The position numbers and the translations under genes were made by a program. Of a DNA stretch of 64,000 bases, positions 47,043 through 57,679 are shown in pieces. The notes below the pieces were generated by a model. That model worked only from the letters and a program-made list of their open reading frames with translations. It searched no databases and was not told the DNA's origin. Each line of letters begins with the position of its first letter. The stretch's first letter is position 1. Origin of the DNA: Hyphomicrobiales bacterium (lineage in GTDB: Bacteria; Pseudomonadota; Alphaproteobacteria; Rhizobiales; OSC116); the NCBI GenBank assembly GCA_002401855.1, contig NVUH01000004.1, forward strand, positions 94,314-158,313, written 5' to 3'.

Positions 47043-47879
47043 ATGAGTATAGAAATTAGACAAGTCTCAAGCCCAAAAGAAACCAAAGGTTTTGACACCA
47101 AGCAATTGCGCGAAAATTATTTGGTACAAGATATTTTTGTGGCTGATCAAGTGACCATGACCTATAGCCATTTAGATAGAAGTGTTGTCGGCGGCGCAAC
47201 GCCAACAAGCGCGCCCCTAAAGCTTGAAGCCAATAAACAAATCGGCACCAAGCGGTTTTTAGACCGCCGCGAAATTGGCATTATAAATGTCGGCAATGAT
47301 GGCGTTGTCATCGCTGATGGCATAGAATATCAGTTGAATTATACCGATTGCTTATATTTACCAATGGGTATTGGTGAGGTGAGTTTCCAAAGTTCGGACA
47401 CACAAAACCCTGCAAAATTTTATTTTGTAAGCGCCCCTGCCCATCATGCTTATGATCCAAAAATCATAACCGCTGATGACGCTATATTGTTAGAATTAGG
47501 CACGCAATCAGATTGCAACAAACGCAAACTTCGTCAATATATTCACCCCGAAGTGGTGGATAGCTGCCAATTAGTCATGGGCGTGACCAGCATAGAAGAT
47601 GGAAGCGTATGGAACACAATGCCATGCCATATTCATGATAGGCGCTCAGAAATATACCTTTATTTCGATATGAAAGCTGATACACGGGTTATTCATTTAA
47701 TGGGCGAGCCAGATGAAACACGTCATCTCATCGTCAAAAACCAAGAAGCCATTTTATCGCCGGGCTGGTCTATCCATAGCGGCACGGGCACAGGGCGCTA
47801 TGCGTTTATTTGGTCAATGGCAGGTGACAACCAAGATTTCACCGATATGGATTTTATCGATATGCAAGATTTGCGGTAA
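47043..47879 (+). CDS. kduI: 5-dehydro-4-deoxy-D-glucuronate isomerase
   Basis: 278 aa; the whole length has the KduI pattern (MSIEIRQVSSPKETKGFDTKQLRENYLV...HSGTGT). Confidence 0.92.
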   Translation: MSIEIRQVSSPKETKGFDTKQLRENYLVQDIFVADQVTMTYSHLDRSVVGGATPTSAPLKLEANKQIGTKRFLDRREIGIINVGNDGVVIADGIEYQLNYTDCLYLPMGIGEVSFQSSDTQNPAKFYFVSAPAHHAYDPKIITADDAILLELGTQSDCNKRKLRQYIHPEVVDSCQLVMGVTSIEDGSVWNTMPCHIHDRRSEIYLYFDMKADTRVIHLMGEPDETRHLIVKNQEAILSPGWSIHSGTGTGRYAFIWSMAGDNQDFTDMDFIDMQDLR

Positions 47880-47919
47880 TTCCCTAAAACGGGCGCAGCA
47901 AACGAGAAAAACATTTAGT

Positions 47920-48168
47920 TTATGACGAGGGTGCAGCAGAGATTTTCACTCGTATTTTTTGATTGCTGATGATTTTACCATGAAGTTCTAATATTGCTTT
48001 AGTGGCTTCTGCCTCATCATTCATGGTCACGAATCCAAAACCTTTAGATTTACCAGTGTTTTTATCGAGAATAATTTCGCAAGATTCTACCTTACCATAG
48101 CTTGCGAATAATTTTTCTAACTGGTCTTTATCCATATTTCTATGCAAGTTAAGTATCGATATATTCAT
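47920..48168 (-). CDS. RRM-type RNA-binding protein
   Basis: RNP-2 ILNLHR and RNP-1 KGFGFVTM motifs; 82 aa; a single RRM with no Gly-rich tail. Confidence 0.8.
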   Translation of the reverse strand: MNISILNLHRNMDKDQLEKLFASYGKVESCEIILDKNTGKSKGFGFVTMNDEAEATKAILELHGKIISNQKIRVKISAAPSS

Positions 48169-48339
48169 TAACATGTCTCCAAAAAGGCTAGTGGTTCACT
48201 TCAATAACACAATAGAAGCAAACAATGAAGATGAATCAAAAATTGTATTTTTTGGCTAAATTATAGTGTTAATTGTTTGGGTTTTCTATATATAGTTGAT
48301 ACTCAGTCGTTTCGGAACAAATATTTGCAAGGCCATATC

Positions 48340-49164
48340 ATGACTAAAGACAAAAAAAACACCATTAAATACAAGCTGGATGCAAAAGATAAATTCGTCA
48401 TTGAAACGGGCATTTCAGACCAAAATGGCGTTATCAAACCTAGAATGCATAAAAAATTCAAGCAAATAGGTCGGTTTACTGAAATATTATCTGACAAGCT
48501 CACCCAATCTGGTGCGATCAATCAAAAAAGAGTGAAAGTGATTGATATTGGTGCCGGCAAGGGATATATGACTTTCGCTATTTATAACTATTTGGCCAAG
48601 CGCGATTTGGACCCTGTCATTCATGCTGTTGATTTTAATGAAGATTTAATGAAACTTGGCAACGAGACGGCCAATAAATGCGGGTTTAAAAACCTATCTT
48701 TTGTCAGTGGCTTTGCCGATCAATATTCTGGATTGGCTTATTATGATGCGGTTGTTTCACTACATGCCTGCGATACAGCAACTGATGATGCTTTATTCAT
48801 GGGCCTCAAAATGAAATCAAAAGTCATTTTATGCGCTCCTTGCTGCCAAAAAGAAGTTTTAGTGAACCTGAAAGAAAAAAAATCACTGTCAAAATTCATA
48901 AATCATGGCTTGTTTTTGCATAAAATGGCCGATTTGATTACTGACAATGCCCGCGTGATGCTGTTGCAATCACAGGGATATCATGTTGATGTCATTGACT
49001 TTGTTGCCTCGGAACATACGCAAAAAAACACGCTTTTAGCGGCCACCAAAAAAAGTGGCAAGAAACCGGCTTTTTACGAGAAATACAAATCCTATAAATC
49101 TGAAATCGGCTTTGATGGTATAAAACTTGAGCAAATGATGCTTGATGAAGGATTGTTAGGCTGA
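48340..49164 (+). CDS. class I SAM-dependent methyltransferase
   Basis: Motif I VIDIGAGKGYMT, then SLHACDTATDDAL. ATG at 48340. Confidence 0.75.
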   Translation: MTKDKKNTIKYKLDAKDKFVIETGISDQNGVIKPRMHKKFKQIGRFTEILSDKLTQSGAINQKRVKVIDIGAGKGYMTFAIYNYLAKRDLDPVIHAVDFNEDLMKLGNETANKCGFKNLSFVSGFADQYSGLAYYDAVVSLHACDTATDDALFMGLKMKSKVILCAPCCQKEVLVNLKEKKSLSKFINHGLFLHKMADLITDNARVMLLQSQGYHVDVIDFVASEHTQKNTLLAATKKSGKKPAFYEKYKSYKSEIGFDGIKLEQMMLDEGLLG

Positions 49165-49171
49165 GACTTTT

Positions 49172-50134
49172 TTAACTAATTTGTTGGTCAATAAATTCTT
49201 CTATCATGCTGTCGAAATTATCATTATTTTTAAAGCCCATCTTACGCGCTCGTTTCGTATTCATTGCACCCGGCCAACTCTTTACTAATCTGCTTATGGT
49301 TTCATCGGGTTTGTCGATAATAAGTGAAGTGTTGCCGCCGTGGGTTTTAAGTGATGCGATCATTTCGGCAACGGTTATGGTGAGGCCAGGTAAATTCACC
49401 ACACGCGATTCTGTGCCCCATTCTTGTTGATTTAAATTGTAAGCATGAATTAAATTTTCAATTATAACCGATGGGGATTGTATCCAGAGTGACTGAGATC
49501 TATCGACGGGGCAGATGGCATTTTCGCCGCTTAATGGCTCTCTAATGATTGAACTTACAAATGATGATGCGGCTTTATTTGGTTTACCTGGTCTAATGGC
49601 AATTGTCGGCAAGCGAACGCATCTACCATCAATATAGTTTTTTCTGGTATATTCACTAATCAAATATTCGCCGAGAATTTTTTGCATTCCATAGGATGAA
49701 AGCGGTAAAGCAGGTGTATCGTCTTCGACAATTAATGGTGCATTGCCAAAAACTGCGACCGAAGAGCTAAATACAATTTTGGCTTTATTGGGGAGTTTGC
49801 GGCAACGCTCTAACAATATACGAGTTGCATCTAAATTAACTTTCATGCCCAAATCAAAATCAGCTTCAGCCGCAGAGCTTACAATGGCTGCAAGGTGAAA
49901 AACACCATCAACATCATCAGTAATGGCTTGGTTAAAAAAAATTGGCTCTGAAATGTCACCAAAAATAGACCTGACGTCTTTAATGGGGTTTTTTGGCTCA
50001 ATTTGGTCAATTAATATTATATCATCGATGGTTTTCAAGTCACCATTCCGATCTACTAATTTTCCAATTTCAAGTAGCTTTTTGGCCAGCAATTGACCAA
50101 GAAACCCATAACCACCAGTTATCACTATTTTCAT
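49172..50134 (-). CDS. NAD-dependent epimerase/dehydratase family protein
   Basis: MKIVITGGYGFLGQLLAKKL Rossmann motif and YGMQK catalytic motif. Confidence 0.85.
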   Translation of the reverse strand: MKIVITGGYGFLGQLLAKKLLEIGKLVDRNGDLKTIDDIILIDQIEPKNPIKDVRSIFGDISEPIFFNQAITDDVDGVFHLAAIVSSAAEADFDLGMKVNLDATRILLERCRKLPNKAKIVFSSSVAVFGNAPLIVEDDTPALPLSSYGMQKILGEYLISEYTRKNYIDGRCVRLPTIAIRPGKPNKAASSFVSSIIREPLSGENAICPVDRSQSLWIQSPSVIIENLIHAYNLNQQEWGTESRVVNLPGLTITVAEMIASLKTHGGNTSLIIDKPDETISRLVKSWPGAMNTKRARKMGFKNNDNFDSMIEEFIDQQIS

Positions 50135-50362
50135 ATATTTCCCCTTATATTTTTTGCGAAAGTGGCCTCAATATATCACCAGCTTGTCAATTAACGGCTT
50201 TATAAATATGAATAATTGGTTATATTAATATTTCAATTTTATGAAAAAGGCAAGCATCTGCAACCCTGCACCTGATGACAAGCTGATGACAAGCTGATGA
50301 TGGCAAAATTCGCTAATATTGCCACTGATTGGGCGGTTTATAAATGTACTTTATAGGTTTGC

Positions 50363-52939
50363 TTAAGCTATTAGCTTATTAAAAACATCGTCTTTATAAT
50401 TGATGAATTCAAGTGCATCTGCAGGAAGTAACGGGCGGCTGAAATAATAGCCTTGAATATAACGGAAGCCCATTTGGTCTAATATTGCGAGTTGTTGAGC
50501 GGTTTCAACACCCTCAACAATACAACAAAGATTGAGGTTGCTGCATAAGTCAAAAATCGTACGGACAATGTTGCGGGTATGCTCGTCAGTCTCAATGTCG
50601 ACGATAAAACTTCGGTCAATTTTCAACCTATCAAGTGGCATGCGTTGCACATAGCTTAATGAAGAATAACCCGTGCCAAAATCATCAAGCGCGATTTGCG
50701 CGCCTTGTAATTTAAGCATATGCAAAGCTTCTGAGGCTTGTTTAAAATCATTCATCACCGCAGTTTCGGTAATTTCGAACACAATACGATTGCTGGGGAA
50801 GTTTGATTTTTCGACAATATTTACCAAGCCTAACACGGTTTGTGGTGATGATAAATCGTAAATGGAGAGGTTGAATGACAGATATATACCATCTGGCCAG
50901 TCGCAAGCGGCCTTAAGTGCCTTGCGCAACAATATGGTCGTGAGCTTACCAATGGTTCCCATTTGTTCGGCCGCGCGGATAAAAATGTCGGGTCTTACTT
51001 TGCCCAAGCTGGCATTGTCCCACCTCGCAAGCGCTTCAAAACCCATGGTTTTTTTGTTTTTAATGTCGATAATGGGTTGAAACACAACTGATAATTCTTG
51101 TTCTAAATTTGACTCGCGCAATTGATGTTCGATGTTTGACATGTCACGAATGATGGTTTCGTGCTCGTGAGAGAAAATAACCGGCTCACCTTTGCTGTGC
51201 TGCTTGGAATAGCAGAGCGCATAGTCGGCGCGTTCAAACAATAATTGTGAGGTTGGGGCCATGGATGGATGTTCTACAAAACCTATGGTGGCGCCAATTT
51301 GAACGCTGCCTTCTTTGAGATGGAAAGTTTGACTCATCGCCTCGCAAATGTTGGTGCCAAGTTGTAATACATTTTTTATGTCATCGGGCTTGGTAAGAAT
51401 GATGCCAAATTCATCACCACCCAAACGCGCAAATATAATGTCTTCGCCGAGTACATTTTTTATCCGTTGGCTGGATTTAACCAATAAGTCATCGCCTGCT
51501 GGATGGCCGAATACATCATTTATACGTTTGAAACCATCCAGATCTATTAAGCCCACCACAAGCTTTTTTTCAGTTTGATCATCATTTGGCTGAGTGACCT
51601 CTTCTAAGTAAGAGAAAAAACTGCGACGGTTGGGCAAAGAGGTCAGCGCATCCATATTGGCCAAGCTGATATTCTCGACATTTAATTGTTCGGATTTAGC
51701 CAATTCGGTTGCGCTTGAAGCTTCACGAGCTTCACGGTTAACTTTGCGCTCTGTCGCATTGGTTTTAAACACTGCGAGCGATTTTACCATATCACCCACT
51801 TCATCTGCGCGATCGGTGCTCAATTCTAAATTGGCTTCCAAATCATTATCTGCCAAGCGCCTCATATATTGGGCAATGAGCTGAATCGGATTGACGATGG
51901 ATCTAGCGACAACCCAGCCAAACCCAAAGACTGCAACTAATGAAATTATTATCAGGCTGCCAATTAGATAAAGTTGGGTATGTAAAGCATGGTCACGGGC
52001 TTTGGTATAAACCCCAATTCCATCTGACAGATAAACTTCGATGTTTTTATATATATTGTTTTTGATTTGGTTAAGTTGGCTCCATTCCGCAATTGTATCG
52101 CTTTTCATATCGTGAAAGGAGTGGGCGCCACCAACTGTTTTGTAAACACTGTTAATCGCCATCGCTCGATAATGTGCAATTTTTTCAAATATCGGGTCGG
52201 ATAGTTTTTGCTTTACGTAGGCAATTTGCTCTGGGGAGGCAAAATGTTCAAACATATTATAATAAGCTTCTTGCTTGTCGACCATGGCTATAAATTCTTT
52301 ATGTGTATTGGCATCAAACTCACCCACTACATAACCCCGTGTACCCTGTGCACTCTCAATACCAGCAAATTTCTTCATTTTCAAAAAGCTAATTAAAGCA
52401 TTAATTTTATTGGTTAAAACTGCATCTTCGCTTAATTGGCTCATATATATAACGCCATCGAGCAAGTTATTGATGATGGTTTCATATTTAGTAAAAGCCT
52501 GCTCTGGTGTGTCTATACCCTTATCAATCAAAACTCTAAAATTTTGCAATTCTACCAAATGAAGCTTGATCGTTCTTAATAGAAGCAAAAAATCTTGACC
52601 ATAAATTGACCATTCGGCGGCTTTAAACTCTTTTTCATAGGTTGCCAAGTGCTGATTGGTTATATTGCGTTGGCGGGCAAGCACTTCAACCGCTGCTTTA
52701 TCGCCTTCATAGGCAATCACCGCGACTGTGTCATCCCGTTCAGCTTGCAAATCATGAATTATATTTGTCATATAAGACGAGAATTGCTCGAGCTTATTCA
52801 CCTTATGCATCGAGACTGTCTTGGCATATCCTTGATAAAAAACATCGCCAGCTAAAGCCAACAAAACCAGCACCGGAATTGCCAACGCCAAATACATGCG
52901 TGTGTTAATTTTCATATTTTCTAGTATGGCTTGGTACAT
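50363..52939 (-). CDS. membrane signalling protein NIT-HAMP-GGDEF-EAL
   Basis: Periplasmic IHDLQAERD (NIT-type) between 2 TM segments, then a HAMP domain, GGDEF (ARLGGDEFGI) and EAL (GFEALARW, DDFGTGYSS). ATG 52939 follows GAAGG. Confidence 0.88.
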   Translation of the reverse strand: MYQAILENMKINTRMYLALAIPVLVLLALAGDVFYQGYAKTVSMHKVNKLEQFSSYMTNIIHDLQAERDDTVAVIAYEGDKAAVEVLARQRNITNQHLATYEKEFKAAEWSIYGQDFLLLLRTIKLHLVELQNFRVLIDKGIDTPEQAFTKYETIINNLLDGVIYMSQLSEDAVLTNKINALISFLKMKKFAGIESAQGTRGYVVGEFDANTHKEFIAMVDKQEAYYNMFEHFASPEQIAYVKQKLSDPIFEKIAHYRAMAINSVYKTVGGAHSFHDMKSDTIAEWSQLNQIKNNIYKNIEVYLSDGIGVYTKARDHALHTQLYLIGSLIIISLVAVFGFGWVVARSIVNPIQLIAQYMRRLADNDLEANLELSTDRADEVGDMVKSLAVFKTNATERKVNREAREASSATELAKSEQLNVENISLANMDALTSLPNRRSFFSYLEEVTQPNDDQTEKKLVVGLIDLDGFKRINDVFGHPAGDDLLVKSSQRIKNVLGEDIIFARLGGDEFGIILTKPDDIKNVLQLGTNICEAMSQTFHLKEGSVQIGATIGFVEHPSMAPTSQLLFERADYALCYSKQHSKGEPVIFSHEHETIIRDMSNIEHQLRESNLEQELSVVFQPIIDIKNKKTMGFEALARWDNASLGKVRPDIFIRAAEQMGTIGKLTTILLRKALKAACDWPDGIYLSFNLSIYDLSSPQTVLGLVNIVEKSNFPSNRIVFEITETAVMNDFKQASEALHMLKLQGAQIALDDFGTGYSSLSYVQRMPLDRLKIDRSFIVDIETDEHTRNIVRTIFDLCSNLNLCCIVEGVETAQQLAILDQMGFRYIQGYYFSRPLLPADALEFINYKDDVFNKLIA

Positions 52940-53198
52940 ATTCAACCTTCATCAAATTTCTTAAATCTAGTGCCGCTCTCATAATCACAGCAACGAAACT
53001 GGCGATAAGTTAGGCGTGGTATTAAAATGAGGAAGGATGTTTAACAGCCCCTTAATAACGGGGATTGGCTATGGTGTTTTATTCAATTGATATAGATGTT
53101 TAGCGTGGTTTTCGTATGTAGATATACCGTTGTTAAACTATCGTCTAACCTTGTTTATTGCTGGCAGAACTTCTCATTCAGCTCATCATAATTAAATT

Positions 53199-54245
53199 CT
53201 ATATTGGGTTTTTAGGAATTTTCACGGCGTCACTCTCACCATCAACTATTTCCATCGGCCAAATTTGGCTCAACATTTTACCAGAATAATGCTTTTGGTA
53301 GGCTGGCATTGTTGACAATAAGCTTGCTGCCAATGCAATGCCCAAATCACGCAAAGATAGTTTAAAACTTGTTAGGCTTGGAGAAAACATTCTGGCTTGG
53401 GCTGAATTGCGAAAACCAATGACCGCTAAATCCCGCCCGACAACCAAGCCATCCTCAGCGAACCGCCGATACAGGCCATGCGCCATAAGCTCATGAACCA
53501 ATAAAATTGCCGTGGGGCGATCGTTTAAGTTTAGCAATTCATCGGCAATTGCGTATCCACCTTTGTCATTGCTATTGGCTTGTAATACCAATTCTGGGGC
53601 AAATTCAATATCGTGGCGTTTTAAGCTATCCTTATAGCTTTTCAGAAATATTGACCCCAAATTAAGCTGGTTTGCAGACAATGCAATGGCGATGCGCTGA
53701 TGGCCATTTTTAACAAATCTATCTATCGAAACCCGCGCAACACCTTCAAAATCAAGGTCAATCCATGGATGATTTTTGCCTGTTTCGCTTTGCCCAAGCG
53801 CCACAAATGGCAATTTGGATTTGCTCAAAAAATCGATGCGTTTGTCAATTGTATGGGTGGCGCTGATGATCATGCCATCAACAAGTTGGCGCGCCACCAT
53901 GCGTTTTACATAATTTTCTGGGTCCTCATCAGTCGAGCAAGGCAGCACCAACAGATCCAATTTATGCTTCGACAATTCACTTTGCAAGCCATCGATGACA
54001 CCCATAAAAAAATTGTCGCTATTGCCTTCGGTATCCGCGCCACTTTCGATTAAAAAGCCAATGGCATTTGTCGTACCTTGGCGTAAGCTACGGCCCGATT
54101 GGTTGGCAACATAGCCAAGATTATCAGCAGCTTGCAAAACTTTTGCACGGGTTTGTTTGTTCACATCAGGTTTATCGTTTAACGCGCGGGATACCGTGCC
54201 AATCGATATATCTAGGTGTTTGGCTAGATCTTTTATGCTTACCAT
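53199..54245 (-). CDS. LacI family transcriptional repressor
   Basis: MVSIKDLAKHLDISIGTVSRALN HTH plus a periplasmic-binding-protein-like core. Confidence 0.9.
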   Translation of the reverse strand: MVSIKDLAKHLDISIGTVSRALNDKPDVNKQTRAKVLQAADNLGYVANQSGRSLRQGTTNAIGFLIESGADTEGNSDNFFMGVIDGLQSELSKHKLDLLVLPCSTDEDPENYVKRMVARQLVDGMIISATHTIDKRIDFLSKSKLPFVALGQSETGKNHPWIDLDFEGVARVSIDRFVKNGHQRIAIALSANQLNLGSIFLKSYKDSLKRHDIEFAPELVLQANSNDKGGYAIADELLNLNDRPTAILLVHELMAHGLYRRFAEDGLVVGRDLAVIGFRNSAQARMFSPSLTSFKLSLRDLGIALAASLLSTMPAYQKHYSGKMLSQIWPMEIVDGESDAVKIPKNPI

Positions 54246-54303
54246 TATGAAGGCAATCCCCTGCCGATTTAAACTAAATGAGGAAAATTTGATTGGTGAA
54301 CTA

Positions 54304-54347
54304 TTGACACATTTTTCACGTCATGTATAGTATCGTAAACGTTTACG
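54304..54347 (+). promoter_or_regulatory. sigma-70-type promoter with an overlapping LacI-family operator
   Basis: TTGACA (54304-54309), a 16-nt spacer, TATAGT (54326-54331), then the perfect 14-bp palindrome CGTAAACGTTTACG (54334-54347). Confidence 0.6.
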
Positions 54348-54403
54348 GAAATTAATGAAAAACAATAAGAACTTATAATAGTAAGCGTTTGAGGGAGAAT
54401 ATA

Positions 54404-55462
54404 GTGACAAAAACAGTGGTTTTAGTCGGATGCGGAGCTATGGCCAAAGGATGGCTAAAAGCCATTATCGAAACAGACATGCTTAAGCAGGAGCTTAAAA
54501 TAATTGGACTGGTTGACTTGTCGCTAGAGGTAGCAAATAAATTAGCCGAAGAATTTAGCGATCAATTGTCACTTTTTGATGTGATGATCGGCTCAGACCT
54601 CAATCAAGTGCTGACAACAACCAAACCAGATATTTTATTTGATGTGGTGACCCCTGCCGCGCGGCGTGATGTGGTGGAAATTGGTTTGGCACATGGCTGC
54701 CATGTTCTATCCGAAAAACCCATGGCCAATAGCATGGACGAAGCGCAAGAATTATTGCAATTGGCAAAAAAAGCTGGCCGCATTCATGCTGTGGTACAAA
54801 ATAGACGGTTTATTTCGGGCATAAGGCGTATTGATAAATTTATAAAAAGCGGCAAGCTTGGTGATTTAACCGCCATACATTGCGATTTCTTTTTGGGCGC
54901 CCATTTTGGTGGTTTTAGAGATAAAATGCAGCATGTTTTATTACTTGATATGGCGGTTCATACGTTTGATGCGGCGCGTTTCATAATGAATAAAACACCC
55001 AAGGCGGTTTATTGCCACGAGAGCAATCCAAATGGTTCTTGGTACCAACATGGTGCTGCTGCCAATGCGATTTTTGAATTTTCTGACAATTGCACATTTA
55101 CCTATCGTGGTTCGTGGTGTGCCGAAGGTGCCAATACCAGCTGGGAATCGACATGGCGGGTGATTGGCACAAATGGCACATTGCTTTGGGATGGCGCCGA
55201 TGACATGCAGGCGAGCTTGGTGGCTAGTGATGATGGGTTTATTCGTTTGGCCAAATCCGCAAACGTTTCTGATGATGTAAATGATGCCAAGACACATGGC
55301 CATGCCAGTGTATTAACTGACTTTTTGCAAGCCGTTAATAATGGCACACAGCCCGAAACCATAAGCGGTGACAATATTAAAAGCCTAAGCATGGTTTTTG
55401 CCGCGATTGAAAGCGCTAAAACCCAACAAAGAATAGAAATTTCAAGCGAGGAAAATATATGA
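54404..55462 (+). CDS. Gfo/Idh/MocA family oxidoreductase
   Basis: VVLVGCGAMAKGW Rossmann motif. GTG 54404 follows GAGGGAGA. Confidence 0.85.
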   Translation: MTKTVVLVGCGAMAKGWLKAIIETDMLKQELKIIGLVDLSLEVANKLAEEFSDQLSLFDVMIGSDLNQVLTTTKPDILFDVVTPAARRDVVEIGLAHGCHVLSEKPMANSMDEAQELLQLAKKAGRIHAVVQNRRFISGIRRIDKFIKSGKLGDLTAIHCDFFLGAHFGGFRDKMQHVLLLDMAVHTFDAARFIMNKTPKAVYCHESNPNGSWYQHGAAANAIFEFSDNCTFTYRGSWCAEGANTSWESTWRVIGTNGTLLWDGADDMQASLVASDDGFIRLAKSANVSDDVNDAKTHGHASVLTDFLQAVNNGTQPETISGDNIKSLSMVFAAIESAKTQQRIEISSEENI

Positions 55463-56391
55463 AATATCCCAAAAAAGCCATTCGAATTGGCACCATGATT
55501 AGCGCATCTGGCGGCGAAGCGGCGCAGCGAATTGGCGAAATTGCCGACCTGGGTTTTGAAAGCTTTGAGCCGTTTTTTTGGCAAACCACCAATGGTCAAG
55601 ACATTGCAGAGCTTGGCAAACGTTGCAAAGATGCGATTGGCGATAGAGACATCACAATCTCCACATTAGGTATGTTTGGCAACCCGCTTGAAGACCAGCC
55701 ATTAGACCGAGACACGTTACAAGGGTGGAAAGATTGCATCGACAATGCCCACCATTTTGGCGCAACATGCGTTGCGGGCTTTACAGGGCGTGTGCGCGGC
55801 AAACCGTTAGAAGATAGCTTGCCTAGATATAAAGAGGTATGGACGGAACTTTCAAAACGCGCCGAAGATAAAGGCATTAAAATCGCGTTTGAGAATTGCG
55901 CAATGGATGGCAATTGGCAAACTGGCGATTGGAATATTGCCCATAACCCTGATGCTTGGGAGCTGATTTTTAACGAAACGCCACAAGATAATATGGGGCT
56001 TGAATGGGAGCCTTGCCATCAACTTGTTTATCTAATCGACCCGATGCCACAAATTCGCAAATGGGCGGATAAGATTTTTCATGTGCATGGTAAAGATGCG
56101 ACCGTACGGCACGAAGTGATCCGCGAACATGGCATATTTGGCAAGGAAGAATTTGTATTTATGCGCACGCCAGGCTTTGGCGATAGCAATTGGGCAGATG
56201 TGATTTCTGAATTACGTATGGCTGGGTATACAGGCGCAATTGACATTGAAGGCTGGCACGACCCTGTCTATAAAGACGAACTTGAAATGACCGGCCAAGT
56301 GCATGCGATGAATTATTTAAAACATTGTCGCGGTGGTGATTTTGTCAACATCCAAGCCCAATATGGCGGCGGCGATCCATCTTTAAAATAA
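55459..56391 (+). CDS. sugar phosphate isomerase/epimerase (xylose-isomerase-like TIM barrel)
   Basis: 310 aa with AP_endonuc_2-like features (IAFENC, HVHGKD, IDIEG). ATGA overlap with the upstream gene. Confidence 0.85.
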   Translation: MKYPKKAIRIGTMISASGGEAAQRIGEIADLGFESFEPFFWQTTNGQDIAELGKRCKDAIGDRDITISTLGMFGNPLEDQPLDRDTLQGWKDCIDNAHHFGATCVAGFTGRVRGKPLEDSLPRYKEVWTELSKRAEDKGIKIAFENCAMDGNWQTGDWNIAHNPDAWELIFNETPQDNMGLEWEPCHQLVYLIDPMPQIRKWADKIFHVHGKDATVRHEVIREHGIFGKEEFVFMRTPGFGDSNWADVISELRMAGYTGAIDIEGWHDPVYKDELEMTGQVHAMNYLKHCRGGDFVNIQAQYGGGDPSLK

Positions 56392-56445
56392 ATTCTCAGC
56401 TATAGCTGAGCGAACACCCAAACACTCTAAAGGGAGGAGAATATA

Positions 56446-57669
56446 ATGGGAAATAAACTAAAACTGATGCTTGGTGGCTTGTTGCTATCAACGGCCATTA
56501 TGGCATCACCAACATTAGCCGAAGATGTCACCATCACGGTATGGTCGCTAGATGATGAAAATCAACCAGCATATAATTATGCCAAGGAATTTAGCGAAAT
56601 GGATAACGGCATTCAAATCGAATATCGTGAAATTCAATTTGACGATGTGGTTTCAGAATCGATGCGCGCCTTTGCCACTGGTAAATCGCCCGACATTATT
56701 GCGGTCGACAATCCAGAGCATGCCTTATTTGCAGGGCGTGGTGCATTTTTGGATATAACCGACAAAATTGCCGCATCGAGCGTCATTCACGCCGACAATT
56801 ATTTTGCAGGCCCGCTTAACTCTGTTAGCTGGGAAGGCAAATTATTTGGCGTGCCCAAAGCCACCAATACGATTGCACTCTATTATAATAAAGACCTTTA
56901 TAAAAAGGCTGGCATTGATGCTGCGCCCGAAACTTGGGCAGAATTGGTTGATACAGCCCGCAAATTAAATGACCCTGCCAATAATGTTTACGGTCTTGCA
57001 TTTTCGGCCAAAGCCAGTGAAGAAGGCACATTCCAATTCTTGCCATGGGCGCAAATGGCGGGCGGCGGTTATGACAATATCAATGTTGAAGGCGCGGTAA
57101 AAGCACTGGATATCTGGAAGACTATATTGGACGAAAAACTCGCCTCACCCGATACACTGACCCGCGGTCAATGGGATAGCACAGGCACATTTAATGCCGG
57201 CAATGCCGCCATGGTTATTTCTGGCCCGTGGGAGCTTAACCGCATGTTAGAAGAAGCTAAATTTGATTGGGGCGTGGCGTTATTGCCGGTGCCAGAAGTT
57301 GGCTCAGCGCGTTCATCTGCAATGGGTGATTTTAACTGGGCGATTTTCTCCAATTCCAAACATCCAGATGAAGCGTTTAAAGCTTTGGAATATTTCGCCT
57401 CGCAAGATGACCGTTTATTCCCTGAATTTGGTCAATTGCCAGCACGGTCTGACATTGCTTTGCCACCCACAGGCATCGCGCTTAAAGATGCGGCGCTAAA
57501 AGTGTTCCAAGAGCAATTAAAATATGCCCAAGCGCGTGGTCCACACCCTGAATGGCCAAAAATTTCTAAAGCCATTCAAGATGCCATTCAAACGGCTCTC
57601 ACGGGCGGCGCGACCTCAAAAGAGGCTTTGGATCAAGCCGCGGCTAAAATTGAGACCATCTTAAAATAA
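56446..57669 (+). CDS. ABC sugar transporter substrate-binding protein
   Basis: 407 aa with signal peptide [25 protein letters not shown]. Family 1 binding-protein pattern. Confidence 0.9.
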   Translation: MGNKLKLMLGGLLLSTAIMASPTLAEDVTITVWSLDDENQPAYNYAKEFSEMDNGIQIEYREIQFDDVVSESMRAFATGKSPDIIAVDNPEHALFAGRGAFLDITDKIAASSVIHADNYFAGPLNSVSWEGKLFGVPKATNTIALYYNKDLYKKAGIDAAPETWAELVDTARKLNDPANNVYGLAFSAKASEEGTFQFLPWAQMAGGGYDNINVEGAVKALDIWKTILDEKLASPDTLTRGQWDSTGTFNAGNAAMVISGPWELNRMLEEAKFDWGVALLPVPEVGSARSSAMGDFNWAIFSNSKHPDEAFKALEYFASQDDRLFPEFGQLPARSDIALPPTGIALKDAALKVFQEQLKYAQARGPHPEWPKISKAIQDAIQTALTGGATSKEALDQAAAKIETILK

Positions 57670-57679
57670 CTTCCCCCAG

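Noticed and set aside
50272-50300. An 11-bp direct repeat, CTGATGACAAG x2 plus a partial third copy, in the spacer upstream of the epimerase gene.
   Set aside because: It is very short with a low copy number and has no associated ORF beyond an 18-codon frame. It is most likely a slippage duplication without evident function.
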